Shown here piece after piece: positions 1 to 15,060 of a stretch of 64,000 bases of DNA; within the stretch, counting starts at the first letter, position 1, and each line of letters opens with the position of its first letter. A model generated the notes under the pieces. That model did no database searches. It saw nothing but the letters and a program-made list of their open reading frames with translations, and was not told the origin of the DNA. The translations under genes and the position numbers were made by a program. The stretch is from Chrysomallon squamiferum (taxonomy: Eukaryota > Animalia > Mollusca): positions 31,558,001 to 31,622,000 of the forward strand of contig CM022671.1 in NCBI GenBank assembly GCA_012295275.1, given 5' to 3'.

Positions 1-687
1 AAACAATTTGTTATCAGAAGATTTCAGTGACCGACCCAGAACGAAATACTAACAATAACCTTTTCGTTTCGTCGTTTTTCATTATTTTTCAGATTTTAAT
101 ATCCCATTCTTCTTCTCCATCATCATCATCATCTTCTTCTTCTTCTTCTTCTTCTCTTTGATATTTGCTTTTTGGTCAAACTCAGAAATTTCAGATGAAA
201 ATGGCTGAATATCACAAAATGCGAAACTGAATAAAATTTGTGAGTTCGGACACTTAGTAATCGCTAAAAAGGATATGTGATAATACTCGTTTGATTTCTG
301 CTTTGACAAACCTTTTTTTGACCTTTTCATAGACATTCAGCATATCGCTTGAAATACAAAATAACGCAACTGTCAAGTGAAAGAATTACTTGAATTTGTC
401 ATGATCTATCAAACAGTGTCCATGTTGACAACATTTTTCTTTTCCCAGAAACAATAAACATCATACACCACTGTAAGAAAGTAATAAAGATTCTCGCAAA
501 ACAGTAAAATAGGACTGGCTTAATATCATCATCATCATGATTATTATTATTATTATTACTACTACTACTATTATTATCATTATTGAAGTTGACGAACCTG
601 ATGTTGTTGTTGTTGTTGTTGTCATTTAAAAACCTTAAAAAGAATCTATAATAATATAGTTTAAAACAAAATATTTTTTCTTCGATC

Positions 688-810
<123 letters not shown>

Positions 811-2190
811 CTTACTTATACTCTCTCTGACAGACACGCATACCCACGCACATACATATAATAATATATTTTATCGCTATTTATAAGTGCTTCTTCAAAT
901 AATCTTGCAGTAGTTAAAGCGAAATGAAATATTACAGAACAGGAACATAAAATGAGAACAAATATTGAAAAAAGATTTAATTAATAATAATTATATTTTG
1001 ATATTAATCGGCCACTTTCATTTGCAGAAAATCCTATCCTTAAAATAAAACCTTTAAAAAAAAAAAAAAAAAAAAATGATGTCTTGGGGTTGTTTGGTTA
1101 TTATTTTTTTTAATTTTTAAAATAATATTGTATTACAAAATCTAATAGGTCTTTGACCTATTTGCGGACATGTATATCTTCCTTCAGAAGTTAGCCACAG
1201 AAATAAGCAGCTTTGTCGAACAATCTAGAATTTTTATTATTTTTTTTTTTTCCTTTCTTTATTTAAGCTGTTGATTTTATAACTGCTAGCGAATATAATA
1301 TCTGTGTATTGATTTTTATTTTTATTTTTATTTTTTTTAAATGTTGTTTATTATTACTTTTTAAAATGACTGTTTAGTAATACTAAACTCGGCTACTGGT
1401 TAGCCGACAGGCGTCCCGATTTATTTAGTGAATACATTTTCGTTTATTTAATAAAACATTCGAGAAAGCGACTGGCAAAAATTAGTGATCAAACCGCCTC
1501 GCTGAATCACGTGGCCTTTGTCCTGTCTCTCAATGGATGACTTAATTCTCGTTCCAATCACCATCCCACGATTCGTATATCAAAGATGGTGTTTGTGTTT
1601 CCCAGTATGTTGCTGTAATGTATGTGTCTATGTATGTAAGTATGCACGAATGTGTGTATGTGTTTATGAATGTAAATATGTACGAATGTTTATACGTGTG
1701 TATGTATATAAGTATGTACGAATGTGTGTGTATATGTGTGTGTGTCTGTATAAAGGTATATATATATATATATATAAAAAGGTATATAAGTATGTACGAA
1801 TGTACTTATGTGTATATGAGCATGCCTGCCTTGGGCAGTGCGCACACAGTTCCAAGACTGAGCGTGGAATGAAATAAAACAATTGTGTGGGCGTTATTGC
1901 GTCATAAAGACAAATTAAAACAAGAACATGCAGCTGTGCACGTAAAGGAATTGTTCAAATAACGATTGTCTGAGGCACGTTGCTGGTGCATCCTCGTAAA
2001 TTAGTAATCATCCACAAACTGATTATTTTTCATTAACCCTTCTCTTCTTCTTTAACTCTTTCCAGACTCCTCTTCTTTTCATTCCTTTCTCCCTTACTTA
2101 TTTGTTTATTTCCATTTTCTCTTTCCTTCATACGTTTCTTTGTATATAATTTCTCTACGGTATGAATAATAACTGCTAATAAGAGATGAT

Positions 2191-2385
<195 letters not shown>

Positions 2386-2747
2386 CTCGGATAGACATAC
2401 AGACATATCGATAGAAAGGCAGGCTTCATTTAAGCCGTCACTCATTTCTTGGTTGTTGTTTTTCTTCACGGAAACTTTCACTCACGTGTTTTTCCTATTA
2501 CGACGACTGCTACATTATATGATTTTATTTTACGAGGCACTTAATCCGCATAGCAAGAAACCATACAACGAGGCGTTGCGTGTCACACGAAGTTACAATG
2601 GCTTTTAAATAGTTTAAAGGGCGTTTAGGAAAGGAATCTTCAAAACCGTCGTCGTTTTCTTCTTTCTTTCTTTTTATTATTTATTATTTACTAAACCTGC
2701 TTGCGAATAAACAGCACAAAACTTTATCACGTTTCAAAAAAAAAAAA

Positions 2748-2796
<49 letters not shown>

Positions 2797-3347
2797 GTTT
2801 CCTTTTGTGATTTGATTACTTCTTGCATGCATGTGTAAAATATTTATTTATTATTATATTTTTTGGAAGCTATTTTTATTACACACAGAGAATAGTAGGA
2901 ATTCCAATTAGATGACATGGACATTATTATTATTTTTTTTCAACCGGAATTTTACGAGGGTGTATCATGATGCATGTTTTCAATGGGTTTTTAATGTTGT
3001 ATCATTGTGGAAATGATCTTCATTGAAGCATAATATCATAATTTTTCTTTTCAAACAGAACAGGATTCGTACATTTATGCGCCTTGATAAAAAAAAAAAA
3101 AAAAAGAAGAAAATAAAAGAAGTATATATTCTGCTATGCCGGTGTTCCTTGAATTGCTTACGAGCCATTAACGTATAGAAAATAAAACTTTATTGTATGA
3201 TAAGTAATAGCATACAGTATTAATTTTTTTGTTATGGGTTACACCTACATTAGACATATTACAAGTTTTATTATATGAAAAACGTCGAAAAAAGGATTTT
3301 ATTACGTAAAACCTCTTTCATACACACACATATGTACATATAAATAA

Positions 3348-3380
<33 letters not shown>

Positions 3381-3529
3381 ACATACATATATACATACAC
3401 ACAAAATCACAAATATAAATAAACTATCAGCATGACACACTCTCCTAGCAGAGTCCTGGAAAGCTTAGGGTTCCAGGATCAAACGTCATCTGTAGACAGA
3501 AAGAATATTATTATTATTATTATTATTAT

Positions 3530-3585
<56 letters not shown>

Positions 3586-3734
3586 GTAGTAGTATTTTTT
3601 GTTTTGTTTAATCCTGTATCCATAAAGATGATGACTTTAATTTTATGTAATGATACGAAAATAAAGTGGAATCGAAAGAAACAATTAAGAAAAATCAGAC
3701 TAAAGAATTAAAAAAGAAAAGTCTGAAACAAATG

Positions 3735-3806
<72 letters not shown>

Positions 3807-4168
3807 AAATCGGAAAGAAATAACGACTAAGAGATTAACGAACTCAAACGATTTTGCTTTTTGTTAATCACTTTCTTAACGGATCTTTCTTGTGACTGAA
3901 CAATCAAACAACGCCGCGTTTAACAAAGGGTAAACCATTAATACACAGTGTTTGTATTCAGCACGTCGAGAGAACGGCGGTGACACACGAAATGCGTGTT
4001 AGTGACAACGAGGGGGAACACTTACAAACAAACAACAACAAAACCGTGTTTACCCTATAAACCGTACACACAAAGCCACAGTAACGAGTCCGAGAAAAGA
4101 ACATTTTAGATGGCGGACATAATTATCAGTCAAAAGTATGACGATGTGTGTGTGCGTGCGTGCGGCGT

Positions 4169-4214
<46 letters not shown>

Positions 4215-4394
4215 CTATGTATACGTATGAATATACGTATATAATAATGTATATACGTCGTATATACATACGTATGTATGTGAGTATATGTGAATCCTTA
4301 TATTTATGTATGTGTATAAATGTATATAGCTGTGTACGTATAAGTATCTGTAAATATTACTGGAACTATGATGACAACGACGATGTCAATGATC

Positions 4395-4432
<38 letters not shown>

Positions 4433-4434
4433 TA

Positions 4435-4465
<31 letters not shown>

Positions 4466-4831
4466 TACTGTAACTGGTTAAATATAGAAATTATACAAAG
4501 GACAGGAAGGGAAGAGTCTACAGTCAAAACCAGGGCGTGTTGCGCTAGAAATACAATTAAAATGGGTGCAGACAGGTAGTTATAAACTATTAACAGGCTA
4601 ATACAAACAGTGATGAAAATAAGGAGTTCCGAGGAATTACTCAGCACTTTTTGATTTGCTGCGCTCAAACGCGATCGTAGTCTCGTTATACAAAGATCCT
4701 TTTCGATAACGAAAAGATAAAAAAAAAAGTAAAAATAAATAAATAATGACATTGTTACTGAACGAAACTATCACGATGAGTATTAATGAATTTAGATTAT
4801 TATTATTAGTAGTAGTAGTAGTAGTAGCAGC

Positions 4832-4889
<58 letters not shown>

Positions 4890-5510
4890 TATAACGACTC
4901 TAAGTATTTTAACAGTATATGATAAACACATGTTGAAATAGGAAAAAGAAAATCTCTTCAAGAACTGTTGTCGATCACCAGCAAGGGATCTTTATTTAGC
5001 TGACGTTGTTAAACAGGAGGAAAACAGACACCACGATTTTTTCATATACGAGATAAGTAAAACTGCCTGAAACGAGAAAAAGCCGAGTAGATCCCGCGAT
5101 CAAACAGGCATCAAGTAATATGTCTAACCTCACAGAAACAACAAATCTTTCCTCTTTTTTTTTCTTCTTTTTTTCCTTTTTCCTTTTTCTTTCTAGAATT
5201 AGCGCTTCATCACTGAGACTGTTAAACAGATATGTGAATCAGTGTGGCTTATCAACGAAATATTAAGCCAGTGAAATAATCCGCTTTGGGTTGATCTGTA
5301 ATCCTGTGAGATTATCGAGCTATTCGGGTCCTAACTCTCAGACGACTCATTCATTTGCATATCTGCATAAATTAGCATAATGTTCTGATGACTAAAATGT
5401 AATGCAGTGTAACATGATAATTATATACGGAACGACATAAACTATGATATGAACCTATATATACTTTCATTCATGCACATACACACAGAGATATACACAC
5501 ACACATACAT

Positions 5511-5553
<43 letters not shown>

Positions 5554-5585
5554 CACAGATAAAACATTCGTTAATGTTACAGCCT

Positions 5586-6270
5586 TAATAATAATAATAT
5601 TATTATACGACACGTTTTCCTTACTAAGTTCAAGGGTGCTTAACAGTGTAAACTAGTAAACTAAAATATAAAAATACATGGACATATTAAAACAAACGTC
5701 AACATAATTATGAACATGCTAAAATTATCTCATGAACATGCTAAAAATAAATCTCCTATTTCAGAACTGTATAAGATAATTAAATAGACTTATTTGAACA
5801 TTTTAAAATTGGAAAAGCAGAAAACATAACTATATATCAAAGTGGATTTGAAAGAAAAGGGTCTTTAGCAGTGTTTTGAATGTAGTTGTTGTTTCAGCGT
5901 CCTTGATGTTACTTGGCAGTGAGTTCCACAATGTCAGTGCAACACAACTGAAACATCTCTGGCTGAATGCAGTTGTACTTACTCTTGGTGTTACTGATCT
6001 TAATGAATTCTGTGATCGTGGAGTCCTGCTTGGCCTGTACACTTCCAGCACGTCCTTGACGTACTCTGGGAAATCGCTGTTCAGTGTGATGTATGCATGG
6101 ATCAGTAAGTAGCTTGTACTTTAGCCTGCGGTGGACGAGCAGTCAGAAGAGCTCCTACTGAGCTGATGTCACGTGACTGTGACGTGATGTCCTGGTTACA
6201 GTGTGTGCTGCTGTATTCCTCACCCGTTGCAGTTTGCTGAGCAAGGTGTTAGGCAAAACGTGTAATAGTT
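5586..6270 (-). mobile_element. Degenerate 5'-truncated L2/CR1-group LINE (end of ORF2, 3' UTR and (ATT)n tail)
   Basis: Minus-strand translation LLHVLPNTLLSKLQRVRNTAAHTVTRTSRHSHVTSAQ*ELF*LLVHRRLKYKLL, then after a frameshift YRPSRTPRSQ...RCFSCVALTLWNSLPSNIKDAETTTTFKTLLKTLFF. This matches the typical L2-clade ORF2 C-terminus (KLQRVQNxAAR...LHWLPV...LWNSLP...FKxxLKTxLF). The element ends in ...taataatattattattatta. Confidence 0.88.
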
Positions 6271-6834
6271 TAATATAAGCTAACATAATGATGTATGCAT
6301 GTGTGTGTGTGTGTGTGTGTGTGTACTTGTGTGTGTGTGTGTGTGTGTTAATGTTTATGTGTGTGTGTGTGTGTTAATGTTTGTGTGTGTGTGTGTTCTT
6401 TTTATTATCTTGCAAAAACAGGTAAAAAATCGAAACAAATTATTTTAATTTTCTTTATACTATTTCTTCTTCTTCTTCTTCTTCTTCTTTCTTCAGCACA
6501 TTACATTTTTTATTTATCTGCCACAAGATGTCCTTGAACGTCGACGTAATTTGCATATTAATTGCATTCCTCGAGCTAACGGTATATACAGGTTATGTTA
6601 CGAATACCTGTTATGCAACAGCCAGGTGACCCGAAAACACTGGTTTCATAAATCGAGGTGCGCTTAGATTGTTATCAGTGTCGTTATTCCACTGTTACTC
6701 GTTAAAAACAGGAGAATGGCTAATTTGATAGCTCTTATGGCAAACAGATTGATCTTGCAAGAAAACAAAAAAGAAGAAAAAGAAGAAAAAAGGGAAGATA
6801 GATAGGTGGATGGATGGATTGGTGGATGAATGAA

Positions 6835-6875
<41 letters not shown>

Positions 6876-7072
6876 ATACATATATACATATACATATATA
6901 TACACATACACAGACAGAGAGACAGACAAAGACATGACGCATAGAGATAAAAAGATAAACAGATGGATTGAGGGATAAACGGATGAATGGATGAATGTGT
7001 GGAAATTCAGATAGACAGATGGATCGATTGTGAGATGGTAGGATGAATAAACTGAGAGACACAGACTCAAAA

Positions 7073-7133
<61 letters not shown>

Positions 7134-7807
7134 GTATAATTCTATTCAGACTGAGAGAGAAAAACCCGAGCGAGGGTTTGTTAAGTTTACACGTAAATAT
7201 AAAACACAGGCAGACAGACAGACAGATGATAGCTGGATGGACAGACTGACAGACTGACAGGCAGATACAATCAGACATATATAGACAGATAGCAATTTAG
7301 GTAGATAGCATATACCACATAAGCACGCGCGCACACACACGCACACGCACACACACACGCACACACACACACACGCACGCACACAAAATTCCTGCATACG
7401 AAACTCGGTTATGAACTGAGTAACAGCGTGTATTTAGAAAACTGACCAGCAACGACACCTGCTCGTTTAGTCGTCTTTGATGTGGTCGTCGCTGTGTTGT
7501 TTGTGTGCCCGGTTCCATGGTTTCGGCGACGCTGTGCACACGTCGCAGTGTAAATAACTCCAGGGAAACACCATCAACAGCGCGATGTGAACCTTTTGTT
7601 TCAGATTTAGTGCCTAAGTTCTGCTAAGCCGAATACTTCTCTACGCGCTAAATAAAAACAAATGGATAAATGTCAGGGCGGCCATTGTGTGTTTGTGTGG
7701 GGGGGTGGCTAAGGGTTGTCGTCGTTTCTATCGAGAAAGAATAAATGATCGAACAATGTGACAACAAAATGAAGAGGGTCACATATGCCAAAATTTGAAA
7801 CAAATGA

Positions 7808-7850
<43 letters not shown>

Positions 7851-7938
7851 ATTAAAAAAAGGAGGATTAGAGATCATCTTAAATAAATGTTTAAACTATG
7901 TTTAAGTATGTATATATATATATGTGTGTGTATATATG

Positions 7939-7969
<31 letters not shown>

Positions 7970-7991
7970 GTATGTATATAATGTATATATG

Positions 7992-8031
<40 letters not shown>

Positions 8032-8565
8032 TACACATATGTGTGTATGTATGTATGTATGTATGTATGTATGTATGTGTGTGTATGTGTCTGTGTCTGT
8101 CTGTCTGTCTGTCTCTGTGTGTGTGTGTGTGCGCGCGCATCTTACATGCTTTTCTTTTTAAAAAGAACAAAAGAAAATGTTTAAAAGTCATCTCATATAT
8201 CAAATCGTCTGGGGTAGGTGGACGCTGTTATCGGATTTCCCCGCATGTTAATTTAAACATTCACACGATCTTTGATTTTAAACAGAATCCCTCTTCGCGA
8301 CTGGCTTTACTCAAATCCTTTTACAAGCAATAAACATATCGGCGTTTCTCACCTCCCCAGTAAATCATTAAGGTAATTAAAACTTTAACTTTTCAAGGTG
8401 AGTGGGCCCTATTAAAATGTTACCTGTGTGTCTCAGTCGGTTTTGCTTACCTCGGTAAATCTTCTTTCTTTCTCTGCTCATTTCTTTCTTTTTTTAAATT
8501 TGTAAGATTTTAAAATTATTTATTTTTAACAACAACAACAGTAATGATGATGATAATTATAATTA

Positions 8566-8604
<39 letters not shown>

Positions 8605-8609
8605 CAATG

Positions 8610-8643
<34 letters not shown>

Positions 8644-9002
8644 TAAATATAAATATAAATATAAATATAAATAACCAAATAAAGTAAATAAACAAATAAA
8701 ACAATAATGAAATAAAATATAGTTATTATCATGAGCCGTTTTTAACGATTTTTTTTTTTTTTTTTTTAAAACAATCCGTTATTAACGCGTGTGAACATTC
8801 CAAGAGGTAATATGATAGGGACTGAAGAATATTCGTTTTCGTGCATGACAAATAATACACTTCAGTGGGTGGTCACGGCAAATTTGCTCAGTCACATGGG
8901 GTTAATTACTCTCAGTAAATTTAACGAGCAGAGTGTGGAACAATATTTTGTTTTCACACGGAAGCGTTATCATCTAATCAGACGACTTTGTCAGTGATAC
9001 CC

Positions 9003-9443
<441 letters not shown>

Positions 9444-10021
9444 CGTACGTCCTCCTTTCGTACATTATACATTATCTCACTATGCATATAAAAATATCAA
9501 AATAAAAACAAAGAAACAAAAAATAAAAAATATATATATACAATAATAATAAAAGAAGAAATCGGAAACGCCTAATTTATATTATACTCAAATCATCTCA
9601 TTCCAAAAATAACAGATAGCGTAATGGATGACAAAAATAAATGACCCTTTGATAAACCAACAACCTGGCCGGAAATTCTTTGCTATTATACCATTACTCC
9701 GGTCAACAATCATCAGATTTTTGCTTGTCACTACTCCACCCCAAAACAAAATACGAAGCCGTCTTCAAACGGAATTCTGAAAGTCATACACCGAATTGCT
9801 CGCGTGCTTTTTGCGTGGCTCGGATTAGTCGTGTTCCGGGTCGGGTATAATCAGGCGGATTCCGATAAGAGTTAAAAACAATCAGATTTATCGCTAAGCC
9901 ATTCTTGGCATACCATGGGCAGGAAAAAAAAAAAATCAATGACTGATTGAAGCGTCCGTTTAAAAACAAAACAAAAACAATCGATCAGTAAATAAAGTTT
10001 AAAAAAAAGGAATAAATCCCG

Positions 10022-10052
<31 letters not shown>

Positions 10053-10199
10053 ACACGATAATAGAACGATAATCTAAAATTTTATAAATACCAGCGAACT
10101 AAATTTAAGAATGAAGGAAAGAAATGATCAGTTTATCAATTGAAAACAACACACATACACACACACACACACTAAAAAAACACACACAAACACACACTA

Positions 10200-10239
<40 letters not shown>

Positions 10240-10575
10240 GGATTTCATAATTTAAGTAACTAGATTTCTCGTCTTCGCTGCAGTTACTTCAGAGAAAACT
10301 TCCTGTATTTTTATTTGTAAGTCTGGAACTGTAAATCATCTGTCCGCTTCTTATCACTAGTGGATATATTATTCTGTTAAAAAACAATGTCAAATAAATA
10401 ATCGAAAGACGAGGTCGTTTTAACACCTGATAAATTTTGTGATATAAAAATAGCACTTCAAACACTTGATCTGACTACATCGTACGATTAGGTAACGGGT
10501 GGGATATATGGGTGGACATGCCCTGCTCAAGTAGTGGCTCTTATTGTATTGTGTGTTGCTGTTTTTGGGGGGTTA

Positions 10576-10723
<148 letters not shown>

Positions 10724-10741
10724 CCTCTCTCTCTCTCTCTC

Positions 10742-10859
10742 TCTCATCCCCTCTCTCTCTCTCTGAGCTAATTCTAACATGTCATTATTAGTCTCTCTCT
10801 CTCTCTCTCTCTCATTCCCTCTCTCTCTCTCTCTGAGCTAATTCTAACATGTCATTATT

Positions 10860-10863
<4 letters not shown>
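10742..10863. repeat. 70-bp-period duplication embedded in a (CT)n tract
   Basis: tgagctaattctaacatgtcattattagtc occurs at 10764 and 10834, each flanked by (CT)n. Confidence 0.92.
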
Positions 10864-10943
<80 letters not shown>

Positions 10944-11361
10944 CCTGTTGTATTCATTAACAGTCCTTTCAATCTGGAAACAAGCAATGTATCAACAGAT
11001 CACTGACGTAATTCCTGTTTGATAAAATTTAAGATTTTTGACTTGTACAAACAGGACTTTTATTTGTAAAAAGCGTTCATGGCATATCTAAAATAGTTTT
11101 ACAATTTCCGTGTACTTGACATAAAGTGTGTGTGCATGTGTGTGCATTTTTGTGTATGTGTATATGTATGTATGTTTGAATGTACAATATATGTATGTAT
11201 ATATGTATGTATGCAACTAGGTATATATGTGGGTATGTCTATAGGTATATAGGTAGGTAGGTAAGTAGTAGGTGTATATGCTTACATATATATTTTTGTG
11301 TTTAGGTGCATTTGTGTTTATGTATGTATATATAATATATACATATATGTGTATGTGTGTA

Positions 11362-11424
<63 letters not shown>

Positions 11425-12868
11425 GTATGTATAAACATTTGTTTATTATGTATATACTCACACTGGCACCGTCTTTCTTGTTCTCGCATACACACGAAAT
11501 GACGTAACTCTGGAGCTATCACTGTTACAAAAGTCACTGACACTCTTGTCCTCAATCGAACGTGCAGCCTATGTGTGTCACACGGCTCGCTCTAACCTGC
11601 CAACATGCTAACACCAACACTGGCACTCTGCATGATTTAACTCCACGCCAGTGCCTCTAATTTAACACAGATGAAACGTTAAGGTTGCGCTCGTATCAAG
11701 CAAGCTGAAATATCATTACCGTAAATCAGGAATTAAAGCATAAATTAGTTTACTTAGAGGGTAGCACACACGACAGCGATACCCAGTTGTAATTAAACAG
11801 GTAGACTAATAAATATACCTACCTATATGTAGGTCGTGTAAGAGAAAAGTTAACCTGGATAAAGATATATATATATATAGATAGATAGATAGACATACAT
11901 ACATACATACATACATACATACATACATACATACATACATACATACATACATACATACATACATACATACATACATACACATACATACCCATACATGAAA
12001 ACAGAACGATATATATATATATATAGTAGTAGTAGTAGCAGCAGAAACAGTTGTAATGGTTGCACCTTCTTTTCCTGTAAACCAATATGCATGGATATAT
12101 ATGCATGTAAATGTGTTTATGTGTGTGTGTGTGTGTGTGTGAGTGGGTGTCTGTGTGTACGCGTGCGTGCATTATACGTAACATGCTCGTTTATTTCGAA
12201 CCTGGTAGCCCGCAGGTAATTGCTTACGTAGTGATTAAGCAGAGTACATCGCAAGCAATCGTTTCCGTTATGTTGAACAAAGCAAAGCGTTTTCCGCTTA
12301 GCGAAACGACTGTTTTCTACGGCTGTAAGCGGGTTAGTCTTCAACTCTTCTTTGTTGTTATTATTTTTTTTTTTTATTATTACTTTTTTTTTTTACTTCT
12401 AATCTGGGGGCAGATGAGTCGGACATGAGTGGAACAGACAAGCTTTGTTGGGGGAGAACCCGCACAGGCCCAACCCAAGCATGACATCGCTTTTTTTTGT
12501 CTTCGGCGAATCTTTCAAAGAAGTCGGTCGATTTGAGATGGTCGGAACAATGGACGAGATCTTGCCTTTTATTGATGAAGTTAGCGTTCAGTCGTGCAAG
12601 TACAAATTATCCTAGGATTTCTGCATGATTTCGAGAGGAAATATATAATAGTAATAATTATATGGCTGTGTTTATGTGTTGCGTTACGTAGGCTTGTGTT
12701 TATGTGTTTACGTGATTCAGATTAAGGTCGGCCGCTGAGTGATGACTTTCTTCACTCCACCCCAAACCTCCTCTGAGTGTATCCTACAGGAGCAGGGGAG
12801 TACACTCTCGCCAATATCTCCTTTTATGGCCAATAATTAATATATTAGAGCGAGCGAGAAAGAGGGGG

Positions 12869-13052
<184 letters not shown>

Positions 13053-15046
13053 AGAAAATGATTTAGATAAATATTATATAGTTATAAGAACAAAAAATGG
13101 AAAAATGAATCGAATAAAGAGAAAATATAAAGAGAAAACAAAACAAAACAAATATTAAAGAAAGAATACCCACCAAAACGACAACATTAATAATTATATA
13201 TCTATAATTATAATCTACAACTAAAACATATTGCCTATAAATTATCTTAGTTACAGATGTAAAACAAATTATAGAAATATGAAGAAAAAAAACCTAAAGT
13301 AAAACCCCTTACAAATGAATAAAAGAATAAAATATTGAATGAACAAACGAATAAATGAAGTAGAGAAGAAGAAAAATAAAGGAAGAAAGCAAAAACCAAT
13401 AAAAAAAAAAAAAAAATAGAAGAGAAATAATGATTAAACGAATGAAAGAAAAATCGAATGAATAAATGAAGGTAAGAAAGAAAAAAGAAAGAAAGAATGA
13501 ATGAATGAATGAATGAATGAATGAATGAATGAATGAACGAACGAACGAACGAACGAAATATAACGAAATAAAACAATGAATGAATGTAGCTATGAATGAA
13601 CGAGTGAAAATATTAACCGGATTAAAGCTCTATCTGCAGAGTTCAAAGTCTCACAGGAAAGGGCTGTTAGCTTGAGAAAGACACACCTTAATCATCGAAT
13701 TGTAGCCAGAGATTAACATGAAGAGATCTTACACTAACTGCTTTGACGTGTGTATTGTAAATGTTGTCGAAACGAAATAAGCTTAAATCTCTGTTGTTAT
13801 TGCCGTCGATCGACTCAATGAAATGAACAGAAATTTTGTTAAAATTTTCCTTTTCTTCTTTTTCAAACTAATGTGAACTTGTTTGTTTTCGTATTTCTGT
13901 TGAGTAGGCTTTTTTTTAAATTATTATTATTATTATATAAATATATATTTTTTTTTAGACATTGTTCTTACGGATATGGTAAGAAGAAAATGTTTTATCA
14001 AAAGAAAATTAGTTCATATGTTTTAAAAAAAAACATTATTTGATTCATAGAGAGATAGATTTTCATTTATCATAAGATTCGTACCTTGTTATTCCATCTG
14101 CGTATTCCTACTGAAAACCAATCATATCCACACACACACAACACACACACACACACACAGAAATAAATAAAGAAAAAGACTGAACGAAAGAAAGACTCCC
14201 CTCAAATTAACTAAAAAAAAAGGACAAAAATTAAAGAACAGAAACAGAAAAAGAAAATCTCCATTCTTGTTAATTTTGCACTCGACACTCACCTCACTCA
14301 CCTACACACCTCCCCTTGACCTTTCCTTAGATAAGATAAAACATCCTCTTCAACTAAAAGGGACACACTTTAATTGACCCTTACCCTCGTTATACTCGTC
14401 ATCAATCGATCAGATATACCCAATAAGCAACTGTTGTTAAAAGACAGAGGTTAAAACAACAGAAGAACTGATAAGCGACAAAAAAAAAAAATGTATTTGT
14501 CAAAACCACAGTGAATTTTTTTATAATTTAATAACAACAACAACCCATGAATAAGTATGATATCATTTGAGGTGTTATATCTACAGCAGGTTAAATAAAT
14601 AAATAAATAAATAAATAAAAATAATAAAAAGTTATTTCTTGCAGTTTTGATCCTGCAACCTTTTACAAGCATTCTACCCACCGAGCAACAATCCGCCCCC
14701 AAAATGCCAGACAAAAGCTTCAGTCTAAAACGTACATCTTGGCAAACAAAACAAAAAGCAGCTTGAACAGACAATAATTTCACGGTAGTTAGCTCAGTCT
14801 AAGACTCAAACATTTCTCTGGAATTTACTGGCTCGGAGTCCGACCTGTCATGCGCTGGATTAACGTGGTGGATAAGGTGACCAATCTTTCAGCTCTTTAA
14901 TGGCAGCGTATCAAAGCGTTTTTCTTCATTATCTCTAAAATTCTGAAATCTAAATTAAGCGAAAAAAAAAAAGTTTTTAAATTAGTGGGCACGGACACAG
15001 AGCGTCGCATGCGCGACTCTATTAAAAACTGCTCGTTTCATCCGAC

Positions 15047-15060
15047 GGGTCAAGAGGTCA
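15047..15060 (+). promoter_or_regulatory. Perfect nuclear-receptor DR2 element GGGTCA-ag-AGGTCA
   Basis: Two consensus RGGTCA half-sites spaced by 2 nt in a CpG-rich unique island about 8 kb upstream of the P450 promoter. The motif is seen; its function is inferred. Confidence 0.45.

Noticed and set aside
5830-6051. 73-aa minus-strand ORF as a gene
   Set aside because: It is the C-terminal remnant of LINE ORF2. The upstream part carries two stops and a frameshift.
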